DNA from: a virus
Lineage: Duplodnaviria > Caudoviricetes
DNA: 64,000 bases
Direction: 5' to 3' (one strand)
Virus record (IMG/VR): IMGVR_UViG_3300021960_000017
Part shown: positions 48,241 to 56,279 of the stretch, one piece after another
Layout: every line of letters begins with the position of its first letter
Position numbering within the stretch: position 1 is the stretch's first letter
The notes under the pieces: model-generated
Database searches by the model: none
What the model was told of the DNA's origin: nothing
Seen by the model: the letters and a program-made list of their open reading frames with translations, nothing else
Position numbers and translations under genes: made by a program

Positions 48241-48416
48241 TACATTGCGTTCTTTTTGTCCTGAATTTCAGCACGGCGAGCTTTTGCTAGTTTACCTAGT
48301 TCGCCAAGTGCTTTACGAGCACGAGCAGCCGCAGCCTTTACACCTTTGGTTTCGAATGCTTCGCTTTCTTTTACATATGCTTCAAATTGAGCAACAATAT
48401 CGTCATGACTAGACAT
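48240..48416 (-). CDS. Histone H1-like (Hc1-family) small basic protein (58 aa; absent from the ORF track)
   Basis: MSSHDDIVAQFEAYVKESEAFETKGVKAAAARARKALGELGKLAKARRAEIQDKKNAM*. AAAGGA RBS. Minus-strand ATAAATA at 48446-52. Confidence 0.7.
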   Translation of the reverse strand: MSSHDDIVAQFEAYVKESEAFETKGVKAAAARARKALGELGKLAKARRAEIQDKKNAM

Positions 48417-48448
48417 ATTCTATTCCTTTCTGTTAGTCGATTAAATAT

Positions 48449-49213
48449 TTATTCTAATGGTAAACGTTCTATATCTTCTTCAACACAATTGGTGCCATAT
48501 TGTATTTCAACCAGCTTAAGAGGTTTATCTGTTTCATTGGCGAGCTGATGCCACATGCCAACAGGTATATGAAGGTTTTGGTGTTTATTATAAACTCCAA
48601 ACAGTTCGTAATCACTACTTGTATTAATTGTATAAACTGTAGCAGTACCTTCTGCTACAAACCAGTGTTCAGATCGCTCTTGGTGCTTTTGCATTGATAG
48701 TTTGCTGCCTGGATCTACTGCCAGTTCTTTCAACTTTGTATGACTGCCATACTCGTGCACTACTCGATAATATCCCCATTGTCTCTGGGTTTTAGGAGCT
48801 TTCCACTCTTCTAAAATCCAACTTGAACTATTTGCTTTATTCTCGCCGCCTACACCAAATACAAACTCAACATCATCGAACACCATTTCTGGGATGTTGT
48901 CAGCAGTCCTATCACCACCGTTAACAAATACAATTTGTGCGTCAGGGTATTTATCCTTTACACGCTGTATTGCCCCAATAGCTGAGTTATCATCGTCAGG
49001 AAAGGCAACAATTTCGTCAACCACACTTAAACTTTCAACAATGGTGGAACGCTCTTGCCAGGGCATAAAACTTCTGCCTTTTTTTCTTGCTAACCATGCG
49101 TCACTGTTAACACCTATAATTAGGCGATCGCCTAACTGTCTTGCCGCTTTAAAATAACTAATATGGCCAGAATGTATGGGATCGAATCCACCAGTTGCTA
49201 AAACTATTTTCAT
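48449..49213 (-). CDS. Cytidylyltransferase (HxGH, TagD/RfaE-like) fused to a mannose-6-phosphate-isomerase-type cupin
   Basis: GGFDPIHSGH, GVNSDAWL and FVNGGDR, then RQWGYY...LSMQKHQERSEHW...IPVGMWHQL...EIQYG. Confidence 0.85.
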   Translation of the reverse strand: MKIVLATGGFDPIHSGHISYFKAARQLGDRLIIGVNSDAWLARKKGRSFMPWQERSTIVESLSVVDEIVAFPDDDNSAIGAIQRVKDKYPDAQIVFVNGGDRTADNIPEMVFDDVEFVFGVGGENKANSSSWILEEWKAPKTQRQWGYYRVVHEYGSHTKLKELAVDPGSKLSMQKHQERSEHWFVAEGTATVYTINTSSDYELFGVYNKHQNLHIPVGMWHQLANETDKPLKLVEIQYGTNCVEEDIERLPLE

Positions 49214-49263
49214 AAGATTTGTCCTTATAAATATATGTGTATATTATAAGGTAATTCGCAAAA

Positions 49264-49947
49264 ATGTTCAATATATATGTTGGCTGGGATAGCAGAGAAG
49301 ACATTGCTTACCAGGTATGTGAGCATAGTATCTTAAGAAGAACATTTCGTAAAAAAGTAAATGTTATTCCACTTAAACAGCATGAATTAAGAGAACAAAA
49401 AGTCTACTGGAGAGATATAGACAAACTTGCCAGTACTGAATTTACCTTTACAAGATTTTTAGTACCCTACCTAAACGAGTACGCTGGATGGGCAGTGTTT
49501 TGTGACAGTGACATGGTGTGGCTTACAGATGCGTGTGAGTTAATTAAAGGGTTGGATCCGTCTAAAGCAGTGTATGTAGTTAAACATGACTACAACCCTC
49601 CTGAAGGTATAAAGATGGACGGCCAGTTACAGTTGCCCTACCCTCGCAAGAACTGGAGCAGTATGATGATATTTAACTGCGAGCATCCTAGTTGTAAGGG
49701 ATTAGATTTAGAAACGGTTAATAGTAAAACAGGTGCATACTTGCATCGTTTTGAATGGTGTTCGGATAGTGAAATAGGAGAACTGGGCCCTGAATGGAAC
49801 TGGTTAGTAGGACACTATCAGGAAGGCACTGATGGTACTCCCAAAGTCCTACACTATACAGAAGGTGGGCCCTGGTTCGAAAACATGCGTGATTGTGAAT
49901 ACGATCACATCTGGAAAAAAGAAGTTATTAACCTTTATAGTTCATGA
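49264..49947 (+). CDS. GT8-like glycosyltransferase
   Basis: IYVGWDSRE, STEFTFTRF, VFCDSD, YPRKNWSS and LHYTEGGPW. TATAAATA at 49226-33. Confidence 0.8.
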   Translation: MFNIYVGWDSREDIAYQVCEHSILRRTFRKKVNVIPLKQHELREQKVYWRDIDKLASTEFTFTRFLVPYLNEYAGWAVFCDSDMVWLTDACELIKGLDPSKAVYVVKHDYNPPEGIKMDGQLQLPYPRKNWSSMMIFNCEHPSCKGLDLETVNSKTGAYLHRFEWCSDSEIGELGPEWNWLVGHYQEGTDGTPKVLHYTEGGPWFENMRDCEYDHIWKKEVINLYSS

Positions 49948-50996
49948 TGCAAAATATACGAGAAAGATTTGACAAGACGGGAATTGCGCTGTTTAGGGAA
50001 GTGCAAATACTTGACTTGGGTAAAACTGGACAAGAAATATTTGTAGAAGGCGAAGATATATATCCCCTATTGTTGGGCAAGAATAAGAATGCAGCACTTC
50101 AGCATTTAAAAATATCTGATCACCAGCCAGTGTTTAATAAAAAAGAGGGTAAATATTTTTATTGGTATACCAGACCAACTTTTAATTATTATCATACTTT
50201 CCTGGACAGTTTTGGATGCCTTTGTAGATATTTAGAGTTAAAAGAACGTATACCAGATTTGCAGTTTATGTTTAATCAGAGCCCAACGCCCAAAGGAGGT
50301 TCACTAAAGCATCCTCCTTATGTTTATGAACTATTAGAATTGTTAGGAATAGATTACCAACTAACCGATGAAAATACACAATATGAATTAGTATATTTTG
50401 GTGATACTATGTGTAACGATCCCGGCACTGGTAAACGTATATGGCCCAGTATAGAACAATATACCCAACTTAATAATTTAATACAACTAGCACATAAAAA
50501 AGTAAATTTACCACCTATAGAAAGGGTGTATTTAAGTAGACGTGCTCATGCAAATCCTTTAAAAAATCGAAAGGATATTATTGGCGAGGATAATACTGTA
50601 AAACGCGGTCTTACAAACGAAGATCAAGTTGTAGATATTTTATCAAGTTTGGGCTATACAGAAGTTTTTGGGGAAAACTATACACTAGCAGAAAAAATAG
50701 TGTTGTTTAATGGAATGAAAAAATATATTAGTACTGCGGGTGCTGGAGTTACTAATATAATCTGGACAATGCCAAACCCGTGCAGTGTAGGCGGAATACA
50801 TACGCCAGGATTTCCTTTTCCTTCAGCAAATCACAAACGACATATATGTTGCCATCCAGATTTTATAAAAGCAAAAATAGATAATTATCCAGGAAAAGTT
50901 CGTTATGTAGACGAATCAGGTAACCCAGCAGATTATAATAGGCCCTGGTATATCAATAACCTAGTAGCATTCGAAAACTGGGCGAAAACTATCTAA
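49944..50996 (+). CDS. GT61 (DUF563) glycosyltransferase
   Basis: NYYH, VYLSRR, NEDQVVDILSSLGY and STAGAGVTN. Confidence 0.7.
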   Translation: MMQNIRERFDKTGIALFREVQILDLGKTGQEIFVEGEDIYPLLLGKNKNAALQHLKISDHQPVFNKKEGKYFYWYTRPTFNYYHTFLDSFGCLCRYLELKERIPDLQFMFNQSPTPKGGSLKHPPYVYELLELLGIDYQLTDENTQYELVYFGDTMCNDPGTGKRIWPSIEQYTQLNNLIQLAHKKVNLPPIERVYLSRRAHANPLKNRKDIIGEDNTVKRGLTNEDQVVDILSSLGYTEVFGENYTLAEKIVLFNGMKKYISTAGAGVTNIIWTMPNPCSVGGIHTPGFPFPSANHKRHICCHPDFIKAKIDNYPGKVRYVDESGNPADYNRPWYINNLVAFENWAKTI

Positions 50997-51129
50997 ATGA
51001 TCCAATAACCAATAATACTAACAGGCTTAGGAAGCCTAGAATTATTACCCAGCCGATAAATCCTAGCACGCCGGGAAACCATTGTGCTAGGAGTATAACA
51101 ATTATTACTAATAGTAAAAATGCTATCAT
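50989..51129 (-). CDS. Small hydrophobic membrane protein (46 aa; absent from the ORF track)
   Basis: MIAFLLLVIIVILLAQWFPGVLGFIGWVIILGFLSLLVLLVIGSFR*, overlapping the stop of 51126..51371. Confidence 0.55.
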   Translation of the reverse strand: MIAFLLLVIIVILLAQWFPGVLGFIGWVIILGFLSLLVLLVIGSFR

Positions 51130-51371
51130 CTTGGTTTGCTATTGTTAAGGGCTTCTTCTTGTGCAGTTGCCATATTGCCCATTATATCCGAAAACATTCT
51201 AAACATAACAGCACTTTTGTCTTCTTCTTTCTGGGTAATAATACAACTAGCAGTTACGTCTGGTTGCGAAATCACCTTTGCGCGAGCAGCCAAACATTCG
51301 TCCATGTCAGTAAACCAAGCATTGCCAACTATTGTGCCAGCAACAGCAGTGACCATCATAATTGTATTCAT
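51126..51371 (-). CDS. Small early protein with hydrophobic N-terminus and two Cys
   Basis: 81 aa behind the minus-strand early promoter. Confidence 0.6.
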   Translation of the reverse strand: MNTIMMVTAVAGTIVGNAWFTDMDECLAARAKVISQPDVTASCIITQKEEDKSAVMFRMFSDIMGNMATAQEEALNNSKPR

Positions 51372-51428
51372 AGGTCCATCCTTTAATTAACTATACTTAT
51401 GATAACACACCTATTAATGGTGTCAACC
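51371..51428 (-). promoter_or_regulatory. Early promoter and RBS (TTGACA-16-TATCAT...ATAGTTAA), divergent from 51450
   Basis: Reverse complement reads GGTTGACACCATTAATAGGTGTGTTATCATAAGTATAGTTAATTAAAGGATGGACCTATG. Confidence 0.8.
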
Positions 51429-51449
51429 AGGATATTTTTTTTGTATTTT

Positions 51450-51492
51450 GGTTGACTTTCTGGCTATCCGTGTTAATATGATCATAGTTAAA
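51450..51492 (+). promoter_or_regulatory. Early promoter (TTGACT-16-TAATAT...ATAGTTAA)
   Basis: Near copy of the 9059 promoter, including downstream ATAGTTAAAGAAAAC.GAGAGAGCAATG. Confidence 0.85.
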
Positions 51493-51508
51493 GAAAACGG
51501 AGAGAGCA

Positions 51509-51700
51509 ATGAGCAAAGAAGTTAGTGTACAAGAGCTATTTGCAAGCCTGCCAAATGTAGGTAACCTTGTAAAGTTTGATGTACGCACAGGCACCGTTTG
51601 TGGCACAGTAGTTGCTGTAACAGACAAGGCTGCTGTAGTTGAATCCGCACTAGGCGGTGTAATGTATCCTGTCCCTTTTAATAAGGTAAGGCCACTTTAA
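51509..51700 (+). CDS. Small early hypothetical protein (SH3/KOW-like beta barrel possible)
   Basis: 63 aa with a GGAGAGAG RBS. Confidence 0.65.
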   Translation: MSKEVSVQELFASLPNVGNLVKFDVRTGTVCGTVVAVTDKAAVVESALGGVMYPVPFNKVRPL

Positions 51701-51705
51701 AAACT

Positions 51706-51748
51706 GGTTGACAACTGCGTTATTCGTGTTAATATAGGTATAGTTAAA
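51706..51748 (+). promoter_or_regulatory. Early promoter (TTGACA-16-TAATAT...ATAGTTAA)
   Basis: Member of the repeated motif family. Confidence 0.85.
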
Positions 51749-51764
51749 CAAAAGGAGAGAGCAA

Positions 51765-51986
51765 ATGGCTACCGATTTAAGAAGCAACACAGAAGGTTTA
51801 CAGCTCACTCGTTTTTGGGGCGGAGAAAACCGCGGTGTTTGTGTACAGGTCACCTCCACTTACCGTAATCTTGCTAGTAACGAATTCTTTCAGTATGTAA
51901 CACTGAGCCGTGAAGAAGCTCGTACACTTGCAAATGATTTGCTGGCATTTGCTAACAAGCGTGAAATAGACATCACACGAGCATAA
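51765..51986 (+). CDS. Small early hypothetical protein
   Basis: 73 aa with a GGAGAGAG RBS. Confidence 0.7.
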   Translation: MATDLRSNTEGLQLTRFWGGENRGVCVQVTSTYRNLASNEFFQYVTLSREEARTLANDLLAFANKREIDITRA

Positions 51987-52181
51987 ATGGAAGATAAAAA
52001 ACAAGAGTTTTGGGACGCATTGCGTATGCCTGTTGAGGCAGATAGAAACTGTTCTAACTGTTTACACGGAGGAATAGACACTAAATTCAGATGCTTTCGG
52101 TGTACGCACTGTCCTAGACCAGCTGGTTACTATAGTCCATATGACAAATTAGAAAATTTGTGGGAATGGGATAAAAGTTGA
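51987..52181 (+). CDS. Small Cys-rich (zinc-binding) protein
   Basis: CSNCLH...RCFRCTHC. Confidence 0.55.
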   Translation: MEDKKQEFWDALRMPVEADRNCSNCLHGGIDTKFRCFRCTHCPRPAGYYSPYDKLENLWEWDKS

Positions 52182-52188
52182 TAAAAAT

Positions 52189-52220
52189 GGTTGACGTAAT
52201 AGCAATCCGTGCTATTATGA
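52189..52220 (+). promoter_or_regulatory. Early promoter (TTGACG-16-TATTAT)
   Basis: GGTTGAC...CCGTGCTATTAT, followed by a GAGGAGAGAGAG RBS. Confidence 0.8.
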
Positions 52221-52243
52221 AGGTATAAAGAGGAGAGAGAGAA

Positions 52244-52396
52244 ATGATAAAGTTCGTAATTACAGCCTACACAGAAAAAGGCCCTTATTCCCAAACTTCA
52301 CGTGGCACCGTAAAAGGCATGAACGACGCCTGCACTGAATTACTTCGTGATCCTAGTATTGTTCGTTACACCGTTGAAGAGGTGGAGATAGACTAA
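52244..52396 (+). CDS. Small early protein (50 aa; absent from the ORF track)
   Basis: MIKFVITAYTEKGPYSQTSRGTVKGMNDACTELLRDPSIVRYTVEEVEID*, coupled to the ATPase by TAATG. Confidence 0.65.
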   Translation: MIKFVITAYTEKGPYSQTSRGTVKGMNDACTELLRDPSIVRYTVEEVEID

Positions 52397-53445
52397 TGGA
52401 TTATGTTCTTATCGCAGACGGGCAGTATCAAAAACTGCAAATCAGAGACAAAGTGTTCCCTGTAGTAAAGGGCTTTAAAACTGGCGCCCGCGGGTCCTAC
52501 ATTACTGTGGATGCTAGCATCCTTGGTAGTGACTATGCTCGCCCAGTGCGTATTAAGTGCAGCAAAAAGGATCTAACCTTTGTAGAAGCAGATGCTTACA
52601 AGCGTCAGCTGGCTGCACTAGACATTAATCGGGATATCAAAGCTAAAAAGCAAACGACCTTTACAGAAGCTCAAGATGAGCAACGCATGAAAGAGATTGA
52701 GGAGCGTTTCGAAATCCTCAACGAAATGACAGGTGCTCTTAAGAGCGGTGACATTCGTGCAATGATTGTTACAGGTCCTCCGGGTGTAGGCAAGAGCTAT
52801 GGCGTTACACAGACACTAGAAGCACAAAGCATCTTTGAAGATGTTGCCAGTCAAAAGCGTAAGTTTGAAGTTGTCAAGGGTGCAATGACTGCACTAGGCT
52901 TGTATGCCAAACTATACGAGTACAGCGATAAAGGTAGCGTACTGGTATTCGATGACTGTGACAGTGTACTTATGGACGACCTTGCACTTAACATTCTTAA
53001 GGCTGCACTAGACTCAGGAAAGAAGCGTAAGATATTCTGGAATGCAGACAGTGCTAAATTGCGTAGTGAAGGCATTCCAAGTGACTTTGAGTTTAAAGGT
53101 ACTGCTTGCTTTATTACAAACATCAAGTTCGAGAATGTAAAGAGCAAACGGTTACAGGATCACTTAGAGGCACTGCAATCACGCTGCCACTATCTGGACC
53201 TTACACTAGACACAATGCGTGACAAGTTCCTACGCATCAAACAGATTGCTAGAACTGGCAAGTTGTGGGGTGCAGACTATGGCTTTACTCCAGAAGGAGA
53301 ACAGGAAATCCTAGACTTTATGTATGCTAACCGCAACAAACTCCGCGAAATGAGCCTGCGTATGGCTCTTAAGATTGGTGACCTTAAAAAAATATCAGAA
53401 AAGTGGAAAAGTCTTGCAGAAAGTACTTGCATGAAGCGAGTATAA
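52396..53445 (+). CDS. AAA+ ATPase of unknown function
   Basis: Walker A GPPGVGKS, Walker B LVFDDCD, FITN and ALQSRC (Arg finger). Confidence 0.85.
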   Translation: MDYVLIADGQYQKLQIRDKVFPVVKGFKTGARGSYITVDASILGSDYARPVRIKCSKKDLTFVEADAYKRQLAALDINRDIKAKKQTTFTEAQDEQRMKEIEERFEILNEMTGALKSGDIRAMIVTGPPGVGKSYGVTQTLEAQSIFEDVASQKRKFEVVKGAMTALGLYAKLYEYSDKGSVLVFDDCDSVLMDDLALNILKAALDSGKKRKIFWNADSAKLRSEGIPSDFEFKGTACFITNIKFENVKSKRLQDHLEALQSRCHYLDLTLDTMRDKFLRIKQIARTGKLWGADYGFTPEGEQEILDFMYANRNKLREMSLRMALKIGDLKKISEKWKSLAESTCMKRV

Positions 53446-53460
53446 TGTAGTATACTACAA

Positions 53461-53551
53461 GTTAGTTAGCTGTATCACTTGCTCCTCTCCTCCTCCAGAT
53501 GCAGTTAACACTGGGCGGTGTGTTTAGAAATAGACACACCGCCACTCTTTT
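53461..53551 (+). ncRNA. Candidate small RNA: 12-bp stem with anti-Shine-Dalgarno loop, followed by a terminator
   Basis: GTTAGCTGTATC (53465-76) pairs with GATGCAGTTAAC (53498-509) using two G-U pairs. Loop ACTTGCTCCTCTCCTCCTCCA. Confidence 0.5.
53514..53551 (+). terminator. Rho-independent terminator with GAAA loop
   Basis: GGCGGTGTGTTTA-gaaa-TAGACACACCGCC-ACTCTTTT. Confidence 0.85.
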
Positions 53552-53564
53552 ATTATAATAAAGT

Positions 53565-54224
53565 ATGAGTGATATGCTTTTATACACGGTAGGTGACAGT
53601 TTTACATTTGGACAGGAACTAACCGATCCTGAGAAATCCTGTTGGCCTAGACTTGTAGCAGACGCCATTGATTATAAATTAATTAATGATGGCCGGCCAG
53701 GAGTAGGTAATGAGTTTATGGTTAAAAAAACTATGCAGGCTGTTGGCGAAATAAAGCCTGATTTGGTTATAGTATCCTGGTCTAGTGCTGGGCGTTGCGA
53801 GTATGCAGATGAATGGGGAGCATATGATATTTGGCCTGCATGTAGCAGTCGTGTGTTTGACCAAGATCCTAAACTATCCTACCGTAAGCAATTAATAAAA
53901 TACATTACAGCCTATAATAATGAAGAACATGAATACCGTAGATGGTTACGACAAGTTATTCTTTTACAGAGCTTTTTAAAATGTTATAATGTAAACTATA
54001 AATTTGTATCAGCATTTGACAATCAACGCCGCAATAAACGATATATGAAGCATAGTGACGGCTATGTTCAAATGATAGATACCGATAACTTTATAGGTTG
54101 GCCATATGAAGGGCTTGTGGAATGGTCTTACAGAACTCCTCAAGGCCCTGGTGGTCATCCACTTGAAGAAGGTCACCAAAAGGTAGCGGAGAAGATAGTT
54201 GAAGCCTTGCGTATTACACGTTAA
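53565..54224 (+). CDS. SGNH/GDSL hydrolase-like protein
   Basis: YTVGDSFTFG block I, GVGN block II and HPLEEGH block V. Confidence 0.7.
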   Translation: MSDMLLYTVGDSFTFGQELTDPEKSCWPRLVADAIDYKLINDGRPGVGNEFMVKKTMQAVGEIKPDLVIVSWSSAGRCEYADEWGAYDIWPACSSRVFDQDPKLSYRKQLIKYITAYNNEEHEYRRWLRQVILLQSFLKCYNVNYKFVSAFDNQRRNKRYMKHSDGYVQMIDTDNFIGWPYEGLVEWSYRTPQGPGGHPLEEGHQKVAEKIVEALRITR

Positions 54225-55656
54225 AGACGAAGTTAATGTTAAGATAGAAGGCTTAGATTTGGATACTCGCCGCAAGTTGAGTAATAAATTTAAGTATGAG
54301 ATACCTGGTGCTCGTTACATGCCAGCAGTAAGACTTGGACGCTGGGACGGCAAGATGGCTTTCTTCCAGTTAGGCGGCAGTACCTATATTAACTTGCTGC
54401 CTGAGATACTTCCCATCCTTAGCAGTGACGGTTATGATGTTACACTTAATGACGTCAGAGACTATCAGATGGATTATCCGCTGGAGCCAGTGGATGAGAA
54501 TAGTTATGCTGACAAAGTATGGCCTGACAAGCATCCAGCAGCAGGGCAGCCAATCATACTCAGAGACTATCAAGTAGAAGTTATTAATAACTTTTTAACT
54601 AACCCACAAAGCCTACAAGAAGTAGCAACTGGTGCTGGCAAAACACTTATAACCGCAGTGCTAAGTCACAGATGCGAAGCACATGGACGCACTATTGTTA
54701 TTGTGCCCAACAAGAGTTTGGTGACACAAACAGAAGCAGACTACATCAACATGGGGTTAGATGTGGGCGTGTTTTATGGAGACCGTAAAGAGTTTGGGCA
54801 TACACATACCATCTGTACCTGGCAAAGCCTAAACATACTTCTTAAGAATACAAAGAACCAGGTTGCTCCTATAACTATACAAGAGTTTCTAGAGGGCGTC
54901 GTGTGCATCATGGTAGATGAGGTGCATATGGCTAAAGCAGATGCACTAAAGACATTACTCACTGGCGTAATGAGCCAGATACCCATACGCTGGGGATTAA
55001 CTGGAACAGTACCCAAGGAAGACTTTGAAAAGATCAGTTTGGTGTGCAGTTTAGGTCCAGTTATTAATCACATTAGTGCTGCTGATTTACAGGAAAAAGG
55101 AGTACTTGCAAATTGCGAAGTGAATGTGTTACAATTAATAGACTTAAAAGAGTACACAAACTATCAGAGTGAACTAAAATACCTACTAGAGCAGGAAGAT
55201 AGAATAGATTACATTGCTGGTGTAATTGAACAAATTAGACTTACAGGGAATACCCTAGTATTAGTGGATAGGATAAATGCAGGAACAAAAATTACCCAGA
55301 GGATTCCGGGCGCCGTTTTTGTCAGCGGTGGCACGAAGGCACAAGCTCGTAAACAAGAATATGACGAAGTCGCAGATTCTAGCGATAAGGTTATTGTGGC
55401 CACTTATGGTGTTGCCGCTGTGGGTATTAATATCCCTCGCATTTTCAATCTCGTACTTTTGGAGCCTGGTAAGAGCTTCGTTAGAGTTATACAATCTATA
55501 GGGCGAGGTATTCGTAAAGCAGAAGACAAGGACTTTGTTCAAATCTGGGACATTACAAGTACTTGTAGATTTGCAAAACGACATCTAACAAAAAGAAAAG
55601 CATTTTATACTGAAGCAAAATACCCATTTAACGTACAGAAAGTAGACTGGAAATGA
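54199..55656 (+). CDS. uvsW: SF2 DNA helicase UvsW-like
   Basis: LRDYQ, ATGAGKT, VDEVH, GLTGT, VGINIP and QSIGRGIR. TTG start after a GGAG RBS. Confidence 0.9.
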   Translation: MKPCVLHVKDEVNVKIEGLDLDTRRKLSNKFKYEIPGARYMPAVRLGRWDGKMAFFQLGGSTYINLLPEILPILSSDGYDVTLNDVRDYQMDYPLEPVDENSYADKVWPDKHPAAGQPIILRDYQVEVINNFLTNPQSLQEVATGAGKTLITAVLSHRCEAHGRTIVIVPNKSLVTQTEADYINMGLDVGVFYGDRKEFGHTHTICTWQSLNILLKNTKNQVAPITIQEFLEGVVCIMVDEVHMAKADALKTLLTGVMSQIPIRWGLTGTVPKEDFEKISLVCSLGPVINHISAADLQEKGVLANCEVNVLQLIDLKEYTNYQSELKYLLEQEDRIDYIAGVIEQIRLTGNTLVLVDRINAGTKITQRIPGAVFVSGGTKAQARKQEYDEVADSSDKVIVATYGVAAVGINIPRIFNLVLLEPGKSFVRVIQSIGRGIRKAEDKDFVQIWDITSTCRFAKRHLTKRKAFYTEAKYPFNVQKVDWK

Positions 55657-56279
55657 CTTTATTTTTAAATGGGTGTAGTTATGGCGCGGCATGGAAGGAT
55701 TTCCCAGGTGTAAATCTTAGTAGGGGTGGTGGCAGTTTTTATAGAAGTATAAGAACTACTATGGAATGGATAGCAGTAAACGGAAAACCCGTCTATGTTT
55801 TTATACCTATTACAGTTTGCACTAGATTTGAAGTAAGCAAAGTAGTAGTTGATCAACCTATAGAAGGAGCATATGATCTTGCTCCGTTTGAACATTATAA
55901 AATAGAGGGTCAACTATCTGATAGTTGTTATAGATCCTGGGACTATCTTTTTATGAATATTATAATGTTTGCTAGTTGGTTGGATCAACAAGGTATAAAA
56001 TATTTGATCTGGGATCAGTGTAATAAGTTTGAAAATGTGCATATTACCGGATTTAAAGCATTTGAAAAACTTAAATGGATACAGGAAAATCCAAGGATTG
56101 TTCCACTGTTTGAGTTTTGCGGCAATCAATATATGTATGACAATGGCGGTGAGAGTTTTGATAATGACGCTAATTTGGAACCTTGTATTAGGCATTATGC
56201 GCCAGAGTCATATACAATTTTAAAGCATTATTTAGACAATTATATAAAAACAAAATTAAATGAAAGGGTAGATTGGTGA
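55653..56279 (+). CDS. SGNH-like protein (GCS variant)
   Basis: LFLNGCSY...GGGS...RTT and a C-terminal IRHY. Confidence 0.5.
   Translation: MTLFLNGCSYGAAWKDFPGVNLSRGGGSFYRSIRTTMEWIAVNGKPVYVFIPITVCTRFEVSKVVVDQPIEGAYDLAPFEHYKIEGQLSDSCYRSWDYLFMNIIMFASWLDQQGIKYLIWDQCNKFENVHITGFKAFEKLKWIQENPRIVPLFEFCGNQYMYDNGGESFDNDANLEPCIRHYAPESYTILKHYLDNYIKTKLNERVDW

Noticed and set aside
51062-51091. CCTAGCAC...GTGCTAGG inverted repeat
   Set aside because: It lies within a small membrane ORF and corresponds to repeated Leu-Ala/Val-Leu-Gly codons; no T-tract or other support for a regulatory role.
53455-53497. Minus-strand micro-ORF MIQLTNL* behind a very strong GGAGGAGGAGAGGAG RBS
   Set aside because: Only 7 codons, no minus-strand promoter seen, and the G-U pairs and GAAA loop favour the plus-strand RNA. 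Kept only as the alternative explanation for the sRNA finding.
22891-55656. Introns or inteins in terminase, UvsX or UvsW
   Set aside because: Lengths (521, 358 and 485 aa) are ordinary, motifs are contiguous, and no intein C-terminal HN or LAGLIDADG blocks were seen.
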